Shown in pieces: positions 50,783 through 59,596 of a stretch of 64,000 nucleotides of DNA (positions are counted from its first letter, which is position 1; every line of letters begins with the position of its first letter). Below the pieces are notes generated by a model that saw nothing but the letters and a program-made list of their open reading frames with translations, made no database searches and was not told the origin of the DNA. Location: NCBI GenBank assembly GCA_902806415.1, contig CADCWN010000015.1, positions 57,229 through 121,228 on the forward strand. The letters run 5' to 3'. The translations under genes were made by a program, and so were the position numbers. The DNA is from an uncultured Thermomicrobiales bacterium (GTDB lineage Bacteria > Chloroflexota > Chloroflexia > Thermomicrobiales > CADCWN01).

Positions 50783-51637
50783 TTACCGTCCCGACTGCGC
50801 GCCGGTCAGAAGCGCGCCGAGCGTCCCGCCGAGGATTCGCTCCTGGTCTTCCGTCGGGATGAAGGTGCAGTGGGTGCGGAACGCTTCGAGCGATTGCTGG
50901 TAGGTCATGGAAGATCGCACCACCGGATAGTCGGAACCCCAGCAGAGGCGATCCGGCCCGAAATGCTCGTAGAGCGCCCGGAGGATCGGCGCGGTGTCGG
51001 CATACGGGTACTCCCACGCCACTCGCGAGCAGTACGCGAACCCGGACACCTTGATGCAGATATTCGGCAGCGCCGCCGAGGCCAGCACCTCCCGCAGCTT
51101 CTCGTCCAGCGCCCCGTCGGCGACGCGCAGCCCGGCGAGGTGGTGACAGAGGATCGGCATGGTGGGGTAGCGCTCGGCGACGCGCCGCAACGCGGGCTGA
51201 TGCTCCGGTCGCCCGGCGATGCTGGCGATCAGCCCGCGCTCCGCCGCGACGCCGAAGAACGCCCGCCCTTCCGGGCCGTCGAGCCAGGCACCGTCATCAT
51301 CGCCGCGCAGGTAATGGGTGAAGCCCCGGATCGGCCAGCGGTCGGCCACGTCGCGCAGGCGATCGACCGCGCCCGGCTGGTGATAGGTGTCGGTCCAGGC
51401 GCAATCGACATCGGGGAACTGGTGCAGGCGCCCTGGGAAGCGCCCCACCTGCTCAGCGATGTAGTCGTTATTGTCCGGGTTATGATCGATCCGCGCGCAG
51501 ATCACCACCGCTTGGTCGACACCGTGCAAATCCATCTCGTTGAGCAACTGCTCGACCCGCCCGCGACTCTCGCCGTCCGGTACTGGCGGTTGGTACGGCC
51601 AGCGCGGCCAGGCGTGGCAATGGCTGTCGATGATCAT
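50783..51637 (-). CDS. amidohydrolase-2 (TIM-barrel metal-dependent hydrolase) family protein
   Basis: MIIDSHCHAWP…GVDQAVVI…CWGSDYPVV…. Confidence 0.85.
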   Translation of the reverse strand: MIIDSHCHAWPRWPYQPPVPDGESRGRVEQLLNEMDLHGVDQAVVICARIDHNPDNNDYIAEQVGRFPGRLHQFPDVDCAWTDTYHQPGAVDRLRDVADRWPIRGFTHYLRGDDDGAWLDGPEGRAFFGVAAERGLIASIAGRPEHQPALRRVAERYPTMPILCHHLAGLRVADGALDEKLREVLASAALPNICIKVSGFAYCSRVAWEYPYADTAPILRALYEHFGPDRLCWGSDYPVVRSSMTYQQSLEAFRTHCTFIPTEDQERILGGTLGALLTGAQSGR

Positions 51638-51902
51638 CCCTCGCCCCCCTCTCTTGCGATCACGGTCGTTCGAGCGCGGTCAGGAACTCGGCGCTGGCGG
51701 CGACGATCTGCGCCTGGGCCTCGGCGTGGTCCCCAGGCCGTCGGCGTCTACTTGCTGGCAGGTAGACGCCTTCATCACCGTCACGCGGGGCGCGACACTC
51801 GTGGCGGACACCCGGCGTATCCGCTGACCCTCGCGGTGGTCGCGCTCGGCGCGGTCATCGCGAGGGTCATGGCGCTGGTGCGCGCCCGGCATCCTTGAGC
51901 GA

Positions 51903-52448
51903 TTAGGGAAAGAGGTGTGCCACGTCGGCGGTGATGTCGGGGAAAAGTGGGCAGACGAGGGTGTCGCCAGCGCGCAGGGGCGGTGCCTCGTCGTACCCTC
52001 TCGCGCCGAGGGTGAGCGGTTGCACCGTCTTGGCGATCGGGTCGGCGACCCAGTAGAAGCGGACACCCTCGCGCGCGTAGAGGGTTTTCTTCCAGCCCAG
52101 GTCGTGGTCGCGCGTCCTCGGCGACAGGATTTCGATGACGAGATCGGGTCCCCCAGCAATGTACTGCGGCTCGATGATCTCCAGGCGATCATTGCTGATA
52201 AACAGCAGATCGGGCTGGACAACCTGGTAGCGTCCGAAATGCACGTCAGTCGGGGCGGCGAACATCCGGCCCCATCCCGCGTCTTCCGCGCGAAAGAGCA
52301 GGTTGCCGAACCGCGCCGACACTCGTTGGTGATAAGTTGCCGGTGCCGGGCTCACGATCAATTCTCCGTCCGCAAGCTCATAACGCTTGCCGTCATCCGG
52401 CAACTGCGCCAAATCGTCGTAGGTGAAGAGCGGCGTCTTGACAATCAT
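51903..52448 (-). CDS. Uma2 family (DUF820) endonuclease
   Basis: …LPDDGKRYELADGELIVSPAPATYHQ…VQPDLLFIS…GPDLVIEILSPRT…DLGWKKTLYAREGVRFYWVAD…. Confidence 0.85.
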   Translation of the reverse strand: MIVKTPLFTYDDLAQLPDDGKRYELADGELIVSPAPATYHQRVSARFGNLLFRAEDAGWGRMFAAPTDVHFGRYQVVQPDLLFISNDRLEIIEPQYIAGGPDLVIEILSPRTRDHDLGWKKTLYAREGVRFYWVADPIAKTVQPLTLGARGYDEAPPLRAGDTLVCPLFPDITADVAHLFP

Positions 52449-52794
52449 CGTGGTGAGCCTTTCTCGCTGCGATGGCGCGAGGATGGGTGATCTCTAAACC
52501 CTGCGCGACAGTGCCATTATCGCCCGTGGTGGTTCCCCGCGCCAGCGCGTCGCCCCTCGTTGCATCCTTTCGCGCCGTCAACGAGTCGGCCCTGGCGTAG
52601 ATTGCGACTCACCCCGTCGATAGTTAGTCGTTGTTCAGCGACGCTAACGGCAACTACATTAGGGCGACGACGATGGGAGCGGGCGCACGATCGCGCTGCG
52701 TCATGGTGATGGCCTGCACCTCAGCCGTGAGGGGGCAACCTGGCCCGCCGCCACCTATACGCAAATCCGCCACGACTGACAGCTACCTTAACGC

Positions 52795-53559
52795 CTACTC
52801 GACCGTATCGGGGGCGGGTGGTTCGCCGAGATCATAGGTCGCGCCGCCCTTAGCCACACGCCGGAGCGGTGGCGCGGCGATGAGCTCTTCTCTCGCCGCT
52901 GCCGCCTCGATCGCCGCGAGGTCGGGGATAACCATTCGCCCCTCGTCCGCCACCCCGACCGTGCGCGTGCGACCCTGCCGCCAGAGCTGCGCGGTGAGCG
53001 CGCAGACGACCGCGTCGAGTTGATGTTCACTGGCCTCCGGGTGGTCAAGGCCGGGGATGAGCGGCTGGAGCGCGTTATGAATCCGCCGTCGCCCGAGTTG
53101 GGTGCGCTTTCCAGTGGTGGGCAACCCGAGCAGGCGCAGGGTGGCGAAGGGGTAGACCTCTAGCGGCGCATAGCCGACCGCACGCAAGGTGGCGGCGAGG
53201 CGGAAGCCGCGCCGCGCCAGCACCTTGATCAGCGCCGTCGCCAGGATCGGCACTTTCATCCGCAACAGTTCGCGCTCCAGCTCGCGGCTGCGCGTCCCCG
53301 GATCGTGGCGACAGGGGCACTCATCATCGAGGCAGCAGCGCCCGCGCGGCAAGGTCAGCGGCGCGTTGATCGCCACGATCGCCGCTGCGCCCGCGTGGGC
53401 GACCACCGCCATGATCTCGTCGTCCCCGCTAACCGCCGCGAGAAAGTCGAGCGCACCGTCGCGCAAGATGGCGACGCCGGTCTCGCGATGCGGCACCCCG
53501 GCGAGGTCGATCCCGACACAGACGATCGATTGTGGCGGTGGCAGGAGCAGGTATGGCAT
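52795..53559 (-). CDS. DUF429 (predicted RNase H-like nuclease) family protein
   Basis: MPYLLLPPPQSIVCVGIDLAGVPHRETGVAIL…AAIVAINAPLTLP…HQLDAVVCALTA… I trimmed to ATG 53559. The upstream part of the track ORF translates a repeat. Confidence 0.75.
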   Translation of the reverse strand: MPYLLLPPPQSIVCVGIDLAGVPHRETGVAILRDGALDFLAAVSGDDEIMAVVAHAGAAAIVAINAPLTLPRGRCCLDDECPCRHDPGTRSRELERELLRMKVPILATALIKVLARRGFRLAATLRAVGYAPLEVYPFATLRLLGLPTTGKRTQLGRRRIHNALQPLIPGLDHPEASEHQLDAVVCALTAQLWRQGRTRTVGVADEGRMVIPDLAAIEAAAAREELIAAPPLRRVAKGGATYDLGEPPAPDTVE

Positions 53560-53649
53560 GGGGAGAGTATAACGCGGCGCGCGGCCAGGGAACAAATGTT
53601 CTTTGTTTGGGACAGCCCAATATGGGAACGGTGGGGACGGCCCCCTCCC

Positions 53650-53690
53650 CGCCGCCCCGGCGGCGACCCTCCCGTGAAAGGGAGGGTGAG
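53650..53690 (+). repeat. second full copy of the CGCCGCCCCGGCGGCGACCCTCCC double-hairpin repeat
   Basis: Identical 24-mer, then loop GTGAAA, then GGGAGGGTGAG. Confidence 0.85.
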
Positions 53691-53716
53691 TATGTTGACG
53701 CCGCACCGCTCACTGT

Positions 53717-53996
53717 CTACCGCAGATACGGCCCGAGATCGATCGCGCGATCCTCTTCAGCGGCGAGATACACTCCATACGATACCGCGACGACATCGCG
53801 CGCGAGGAGTGCGCCGCTGAGCGGTTCGCGGTCGTCGGCGACAGTTTTCGCAGAGGTCTTGTAGCTCCGCCGTCGGCGAGTAGAGCCCCGCGATCGACAC
53901 CTCGACCCCGTGGACGAGCGCATAGTTCTCCAGGTGCAGCCGCGCGGCAAACCCCGCGCCGACTATGCCGATGCGGACGTGGCGGCGTGCGGGCAT
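53717..53996 (-). pseudogene. N-terminal fragment of a Gfo/Idh/MocA oxidoreductase (frameshifted, truncated)
   Basis: MPARRHVRIGIVGAGFAARLHLENYALVHGVEVSIAGLYSPTAE (53757..53996 frame) continues in another frame as …KTVADDREPLSGALLARDVVAVSYGVYLAAEE…*. No catalytic or C-terminal domain follows. Confidence 0.6.
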
Positions 53997-54013
53997 GGGG
54001 CCGCCTTCGGGGG

Positions 54014-54160
54014 AGTCGTCGGTCGTCAGTCGTCAGTCGCCAGAAGAAAATGTGCAGGCCGCAGCCCGTAGAAGGGCGGCTTCATGCTCACACTCGGCAC
54101 TCGGCACTCGGCACTTCTCTCTGACGATTGACGATTGACGACCGACGACTGACGACTGCC
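54014..54160. repeat. composite heptamer-array element (locus I)
   Basis: AGTCGTC GGTCGTC AGTCGTC AGTCGCC AGAAGAA … AGCCCGT AGAAGGG … (CACTCGG)x3 … GATTGAC GATTGAC GACCGAC GACTGAC GACTGCC. The module order matches locus D. Confidence 0.9.
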
Positions 54161-54164
54161 AACT

Positions 54165-55232
54165 CTACCCCGGCAACCAACTCCCATACTTCGGATGCTC
54201 CGGACCGATCGGCAGGGTGACCGGCTGGCCGGTCTCTGCTGAGTGGTACATCGCGGTGATCAGTTCGAGCGAGGCGCGGGCGTCGGCGAGGGTGACGGGC
54301 AGTTCGCCGCCCTCGGCGAGCGCGGTGGCAAAACGGTGAAACTGCCCGGCGAAGCTCTCCGGCAGCGGGGTGAAGTTCGCCAGTGCCTCCTCGATCCGGG
54401 TGGCGAGTTCGGGCGAGTCGCCGGTGATCTCCCAGGGATCGCCCGAATTGGTGTAGGGACGGGTGTTGCTCTCGGCGGAGAGGTTCTGGAAGGTGAAGCG
54501 ATGGCGACTGATCTCCGCCGCCGAGCCGAGGGTCACGCCGAGGGAGGCCAGCGCGCCACTCGCCAACTCCAACGAGACCGTCGCGCAATCCTCGACCTCG
54601 ATCCGATTCACGCGCGTCGCCGTGCGCGCGAAGACACTCCGCACCGGGCCGAGGACGTAGGAGAGGATGTCGTGGCCGTGGATGGCGTGGCCGAGCAGCG
54701 CGCCGCCGAGTTCGGTCGCCCACTTGCCGCGCCAGGGGACATCATAGTATGCAGCCCGCCGCCGCCAGGCCGTCTCGACCGTCGCCTGATAGGGCGTCCC
54801 GGTCAGCCCCGCCGCTTGCAGGAATTTGAGACGCTGGAGCCCATGCCCGAAGCGGTACTGGAAGATCGGCATGATCCGCCTGCCTGACGCCGCCTCGGCC
54901 CGTGCGAGCTCGTCCACGTGGCGCAACGAACCGACGAGCGGTTTCTCGCAGATCGCGTGCTTCCCCGCCGCCAGGACTTCGTTGATCTGGGCGAAGTGCA
55001 GATGGGGCGGCGTGCAGATGTCGATCACGTCGAGATCGTCCAGCCGGCAGAGCGCGCCGAAGTCGTTGACGACGCGCGGCACGCCGTGCTCCGCGGCGAG
55101 CGCCCGCGCCTTCGGCTCGTCCAGGTCGCAGATCGTGGTCAGGTCGAACTGCGCCGGCAGGGTCTTGTAGGCGCGGACGTGCGACGCGCCGATCCCGCAG
55201 CCGACGACCGCGACGCGCAGGGGGGCGGCCAT
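54165..55232 (-). CDS. Gfo/Idh/MocA family oxidoreductase
   Basis: MAAPLRVAVVGCGIGASHVRAY…AICEKPL… I trimmed to ATG 55232 (AAGGAGG upstream). Confidence 0.9.
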   Translation of the reverse strand: MAAPLRVAVVGCGIGASHVRAYKTLPAQFDLTTICDLDEPKARALAAEHGVPRVVNDFGALCRLDDLDVIDICTPPHLHFAQINEVLAAGKHAICEKPLVGSLRHVDELARAEAASGRRIMPIFQYRFGHGLQRLKFLQAAGLTGTPYQATVETAWRRRAAYYDVPWRGKWATELGGALLGHAIHGHDILSYVLGPVRSVFARTATRVNRIEVEDCATVSLELASGALASLGVTLGSAAEISRHRFTFQNLSAESNTRPYTNSGDPWEITGDSPELATRIEEALANFTPLPESFAGQFHRFATALAEGGELPVTLADARASLELITAMYHSAETGQPVTLPIGPEHPKYGSWLPG

Positions 55233-55233
55233 C

Positions 55234-56277
55234 TCAGACCTCCTTGGTGTCACTGGTGATCCGTCGCGCCGCCGCTTGCGCCCGCAGGGCCAGCTCCGAC
55301 GCCAGGAACGAGTGCTCCTGGGTCATCGCCGTCTCGGTGCGCGCCAGGATGTCGGCGACGAAGAGGTGACCGAACGGCAGATCGACTTGCGAGCAGTCGA
55401 TGTAGCGCGTCTCCTTCCCATCGACCAGGAAAAGGTGATTCGGGCCGGGTCGCCCGGCGATATCGACATTCTTGCGAACCTCGATGAAACCGTCGGTGCC
55501 GAGGACCGTCAGGCGGGTGTCACCCCAACTGTCGAGACCATCCGGCGTGAACCAATCGACGCGGATATAGCCGGTGCCGCCATCGCCGCGCAGCAGCACG
55601 TCGCCGAAATCCTCGAACGCGGGCCACTGCGGGTGTGCCAGATTGCCGACCTGGGCCGCCACAACGTCCGCCTGCCGCGAGCCAGTGAAGAAGAGGAATT
55701 GGTCCATCTGGTGCGCGGCGATGTCATTGATGATCCCGCCGAAGCGCGCGGCGTCGAAGAACCAGTCAGGGCGGCTCGTTAGGCGCAGGCGGTGCGGGCC
55801 GAGTCCGATCGTCTGCAACGGTCGCCCGATCGCCCCGCCCGCGATCAGTTCGCCCGCGCGCACCGTCGCCGCGTTCTCGAAGCGCTCGCCGTAGAAGACG
55901 GCGTGGAATTTGCCGGTCTCCGCCTGGGTTCGTCGCGCCTCCGCCAGTTGATCGAGGGAGATGAAGCCTGGCTTGTCGCTGAGATAATCTTTGCCGTGCC
56001 GCATCGCGGCGACGCCGATCGGCCCACGCTCATCCGGGATGGCGGCACTGGCGATCAGGTGCAGGGTCGGATCTTCCAGGATCTCCTCGCGCGTCGTCGC
56101 TTGCTTAACGCCGGGGAATCGCTCGCCGAACGGCGCGGCCAACTCCGGCTCCGGTGCGTGGAACGCAGCCAATTCTGCCCCGGCCCCCAGGAGCATCCGC
56201 ACCATCCCGTAGATATGATCGTGGTTGAGGCCGATCACGCCGAAGCGCACCGGCCCGTTCTCTGGAGTCGAGGACAA
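55234..56277 (-). CDS. Gfo/Idh/MocA family oxidoreductase
   Basis: (TTG)SSTPENGPVRFGVIGLNHDHIYGMV…YLSDKPG… I trimmed to TTG 56277, preceded by GGAGGTG. The upstream 83 codons of the track ORF translate the TIR repeat (…YAMRPY…). Confidence 0.85.
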   Translation of the reverse strand: MSSTPENGPVRFGVIGLNHDHIYGMVRMLLGAGAELAAFHAPEPELAAPFGERFPGVKQATTREEILEDPTLHLIASAAIPDERGPIGVAAMRHGKDYLSDKPGFISLDQLAEARRTQAETGKFHAVFYGERFENAATVRAGELIAGGAIGRPLQTIGLGPHRLRLTSRPDWFFDAARFGGIINDIAAHQMDQFLFFTGSRQADVVAAQVGNLAHPQWPAFEDFGDVLLRGDGGTGYIRVDWFTPDGLDSWGDTRLTVLGTDGFIEVRKNVDIAGRPGPNHLFLVDGKETRYIDCSQVDLPFGHLFVADILARTETAMTQEHSFLASELALRAQAAARRITSDTKEV

Positions 56278-56334
56278 CGGTTCACCTCCGTTACGGAATA
56301 GCAACCCGTCCGATTGAACCTGCGGCGCTTGTCG

Positions 56335-56427
56335 GTAGGGGCGCATTGCATACGCCCGCACGTCGTCTTCCTGCCCACGGTTGTAGACATCCCCGGCGTG
56401 GGTCGGGCGTATGCAATGCGCCCCTAC
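56335..56427. repeat. 93-bp MITE-like element with perfect 23-nt terminal inverted repeats
   Basis: GTAGGGGCGCATTGCATACGCCC (56335..56357) is the exact reverse complement of GGGCGTATGCAATGCGCCCCTAC (56405..56427). It belongs to the same family as 2470..2564, in inverted orientation. Confidence 0.85.
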
Positions 56428-56515
56428 AACCGGCGGTGGTCGGTGCTCGCCACGCGCGATTGTGTCCCCAACGTCCAGGGACACCGCACCCCTCGCTGAG
56501 TAGTCGGGCTGCTTA

Positions 56516-57241
56516 TCAACCCGCAATCCCCAGCAATCGCGCCAGGTTGCCGCCGAGGATCATCTCCTCGACCTCCTGGCCGAACTTGGCGCGGCGCAGC
56601 GACTCGACCATCAAATCGGGATAAACGTTCGGGTAATTGGAGCCGAAGATGATCCGCTCCGCGCCGACCGCCGCGATCGCCGCCGCGACGAACGACGGCT
56701 CGACCGCCGCGATCGTCGTGCCGAGATAGAGGTTTGGATTATCCTGCGCGGCGAGGATGGCGGTGTACCCCTCGGTGCGATAACCCATGTGGTCCATGAT
56801 GAAGGTCACGTCCGGGTAGCGGTGGGCGAGCGCGCCGATTTCCAGCGGGTGACTATTGTTGCCGACCGAGTGGATGTTGACGATCAGCCCCGCCTCGCGC
56901 GCCACGTCCACCAGCGCCCGCGATGCCGACCCGGTCGGCGGGGTGTTGTAAATGGCGGGCATCAGCTTCAGCATCCGGCAGCCCCCGGCGACCGCCTCGC
57001 GCACCTGCGCGACCGCGTCGTCGTGCTGCGGATTGACCTGGCAGCAGGGGATCCAGCGCGCGTCGCCCCCCAGCGTTTCCAGCAGCGCCTTGTTATCGGG
57101 GCGCGGCGTGGGGCTCGGCATGATCACAGCCAGCTCGATCCCCGCCCGATCTTCCCATACGGCCAACTCTGTCAGCGCCGCACGCCTCGCCTCGGCATCG
57201 ACCTCGGTCTGCAGATAGGCTTCAAAGTCCATCGTCGGCAT
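56516..57241 (-). CDS. amidohydrolase-2 family protein
   Basis: …RMLKLMPAIY…IVNIHSVG…FIMDHMGY…IIFGSNYPNV… I trimmed to ATG 57241, preceded by GGAAGGAGGG. Confidence 0.85.
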   Translation of the reverse strand: MPTMDFEAYLQTEVDAEARRAALTELAVWEDRAGIELAVIMPSPTPRPDNKALLETLGGDARWIPCCQVNPQHDDAVAQVREAVAGGCRMLKLMPAIYNTPPTGSASRALVDVAREAGLIVNIHSVGNNSHPLEIGALAHRYPDVTFIMDHMGYRTEGYTAILAAQDNPNLYLGTTIAAVEPSFVAAAIAAVGAERIIFGSNYPNVYPDLMVESLRRAKFGQEVEEMILGGNLARLLGIAG

Positions 57242-57524
57242 CCTGGCCCTCCTTCCGATTCCCATCTTCAGCGGCTGCTCGCGCCCGCATTCTATCACCG
57301 GGCAACGATCGAACAACCTTGCCCCAATCGCGCGCTGCTCTGCTAACCTTCGCGTATCGCTTTTGGAGTTGGTGACGCTGTATACCCAGGAAAGCGAGGC
57401 ACCCGACATTGCCGCCGAGCGGGGAGCATTCGGCGATGCACTAGCGACCGCTTTCGACGGCCTCGGACCGCGAACGTGACGCCCGAGCGGAAAGTGCGGC
57501 TCCTGGCGGTAAGGGGAATAGGTG

Positions 57525-57959
57525 ATGATCCCTCCTGTCTTGCGCGAAAGATTGGACTCGATCGCCCGCCGCTGGATCGAGCTTGGCTGGCAGCAGGGCG
57601 ACGCCGATGCCGTGCTGACGCTCTATGCACCCGGCTTTATTGATCTGGGGAACCCGAGCGGGCGACCGGGGACAGCAGAGGAAAATGTCGCGGGGATCCG
57701 CGAACTCTATACGGCGTTCCCCGATTTCGACACCACGATCGAAGACCTGATTATCGATGAGGCGGTGGGGTCGATCGCGATCCGTTGGTCGGCGATCGGC
57801 ACGCATCGCGGGCCGTTCCTCGGTGCCGCGCCGACCGGGCAACGGATCACCTTCGCCGGGATCGAGACGCTGCGCGTGCGCGATGGGCTGATCGTCGAGC
57901 GCGCGGGGGAATGGGACGCGCATAGCCTGCTACGGCAGCTTGGTCTGATTCCACGTTAG
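57525..57959 (+). CDS. SnoaL-like (ester cyclase/NTF2-fold) protein
   Basis: …WIELGWQQGDADAVLTLYAPGFIDLG…IRELYTAFPDFDTTIEDLI…GTHRGPFLG…GQRITFAGIETLRV… The start is GTG 57522 or ATG 57525. Confidence 0.8.
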   Translation: MIPPVLRERLDSIARRWIELGWQQGDADAVLTLYAPGFIDLGNPSGRPGTAEENVAGIRELYTAFPDFDTTIEDLIIDEAVGSIAIRWSAIGTHRGPFLGAAPTGQRITFAGIETLRVRDGLIVERAGEWDAHSLLRQLGLIPR

Positions 57960-58004
57960 TGCCGGGCGAAGGTGGCTCGCATCCGTCGCGGCACAACGCG
58001 CGCC

Positions 58005-59279
58005 TCATTGTGCCGCAAGCTCTCCTTCTCCTTTGTCTGCCTCATCCAGTATGTACAACCCGCGATCGAAGGCCAGTGCCAACGCTACCGCCGAGAAGAT
58101 CACGGCACTGGCGATCAGGACCGGCTGGACGCCAAGCGGCTGGAGGAGCGCCCCGGCGGCCAGCACGCCCAGCGGGCTGCCCGCGTAGCAGAGCGCCGTT
58201 GTCGCGCCGAAGACCCGCCCGCGCAATGCCTGGGGGGTGCGCTCCTGCAAGATGGTGTTGATCAGCGGGCCATTCGGGCCGCTAATCAAGCCCGCGAGGA
58301 AGAATGCCGCCACCATCAGCGGGAGCGGAGGGAGCGGGGTCAGCGCGACGAAGCCGCCGCAGATCGCGAAGACGCCGCCGACGAACGTCACCCGCCGCGG
58401 CAGCCGGTGAGCACCGGCGGCGTAGACCAGCGCCCCGAGGACGCCCCCGCCGCCGAACGCTCCGATGATCAGCCCCAGCGCAGTGGCACTGTCGTAGGTC
58501 GTCTTGATGTAGAACGGCAGGACGACCCCGAAGAGTGGGGAGAAGAGAAAGCTGATCACCGCCGCCGAGAGGAAGATCGCGCGGAGCGGCGGATCGCGCA
58601 GGACGAAGCGCAGCCCCGCCGCGAGATCGGCCAGATACCCGGCGCTGGCGACTTCTTCGGCGGCGACGCGCAGCGTCGGCACGGCGAATGCCACGAAGCT
58701 CGCGGAGACGAGGAAGCTCGCGGCGTTGAACCAGAGGGCGACGCCGGGACCGAAGGCCGCGATCAGGATCCCGGCCCCGATCGGCCCGGCGAAGACCGCC
58801 CCACTCTCGATCACCTCGTGCGCGGTGTTGGCGCGCTCCGGGCGAAATCGTCCCAGGGCAATCAGATCGGGGACGAGGGCCGCCCGCGCCGTCACGCCGG
58901 GTGCGTCGAGGACCGCCCCGAGGAAGATCAGCGCCAACAAGAGGCCGAAATTGAGCAGGCCGAGCCCGTGCAGCAGCGGGATGAGCGCGACCGTGACCAT
59001 ACTCGCCAGGTCGGCGATCACGCTGGCGCGCTTGTGCCCGAGCCGATCCACGATCGCACCGCCGAAGAACGCCGAGATGATGAGCGGCAGGAGGCCGGCG
59101 AATGCGGCGAGGCCGGTTTTCGCCGCGCTGCCGGTCGTCGCCAGGACGAACCAGGGGAGTGCCAACTGGGCGAGGGCGTTGCCGTGCATCGAGATCGCGT
59201 TCGCGCCGAGGATCGCGTAGAACGGCGCGCGGCGCGCGGGTGTCGCGGTGATCACTGTGGGGTGAATCGATCCTTCCAT
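58005..59279 (-). CDS. MFS transporter
   Basis: 424 aa and highly hydrophobic, with an MFS loop motif …GGAIVDRLGHKRA…. Confidence 0.88.
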   Translation of the reverse strand: MEGSIHPTVITATPARRAPFYAILGANAISMHGNALAQLALPWFVLATTGSAAKTGLAAFAGLLPLIISAFFGGAIVDRLGHKRASVIADLASMVTVALIPLLHGLGLLNFGLLLALIFLGAVLDAPGVTARAALVPDLIALGRFRPERANTAHEVIESGAVFAGPIGAGILIAAFGPGVALWFNAASFLVSASFVAFAVPTLRVAAEEVASAGYLADLAAGLRFVLRDPPLRAIFLSAAVISFLFSPLFGVVLPFYIKTTYDSATALGLIIGAFGGGGVLGALVYAAGAHRLPRRVTFVGGVFAICGGFVALTPLPPLPLMVAAFFLAGLISGPNGPLINTILQERTPQALRGRVFGATTALCYAGSPLGVLAAGALLQPLGVQPVLIASAVIFSAVALALAFDRGLYILDEADKGEGELAAQ

Positions 59280-59596
59280 ACATGCTCCTCCTTTCGCGGC
59301 TTCCGCGCCCGAATGGAGGGTACGGCGAAGGAAGCCGCTCTCCCTACCGCCAAGGAAAAGGCTTCCTCCGCCGTCCGCAGTATGTCCGTGTCCGGTGAAC
59401 CCCGCGCCGATCGGTCTCGCCAGCCGGGACGCCTTGCGCCCTGGTCGCTCCGAGCATCCCCAATCGTCGGGGATGGAGTGCAGACACGCGGGTTACGTTG
59501 TTGGCGCTGATTGTATCGGGTGGGGGATGGTTTGGCTAGTGGATTCAAGGCGGGCGGTTGATCGCGGTTGATTGGTTGATCCGGTGAGGCGGTGGA

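Noticed and set aside
51747-51774. 9-bp hairpin GGCGTCTAC…GTAGACGCC and a possible small hydrophobic + strand ORF ending at 51898
   Set aside because: The hairpin has no U-tract and lies far from either gene end. The ORF is the tail of a 457-aa antisense shadow frame with no start context.
57972-59510. 512-aa + strand ORF
   Set aside because: It is antisense to the MFS transporter gene. The highly charged RE/RD-rich translation is not protein-like.
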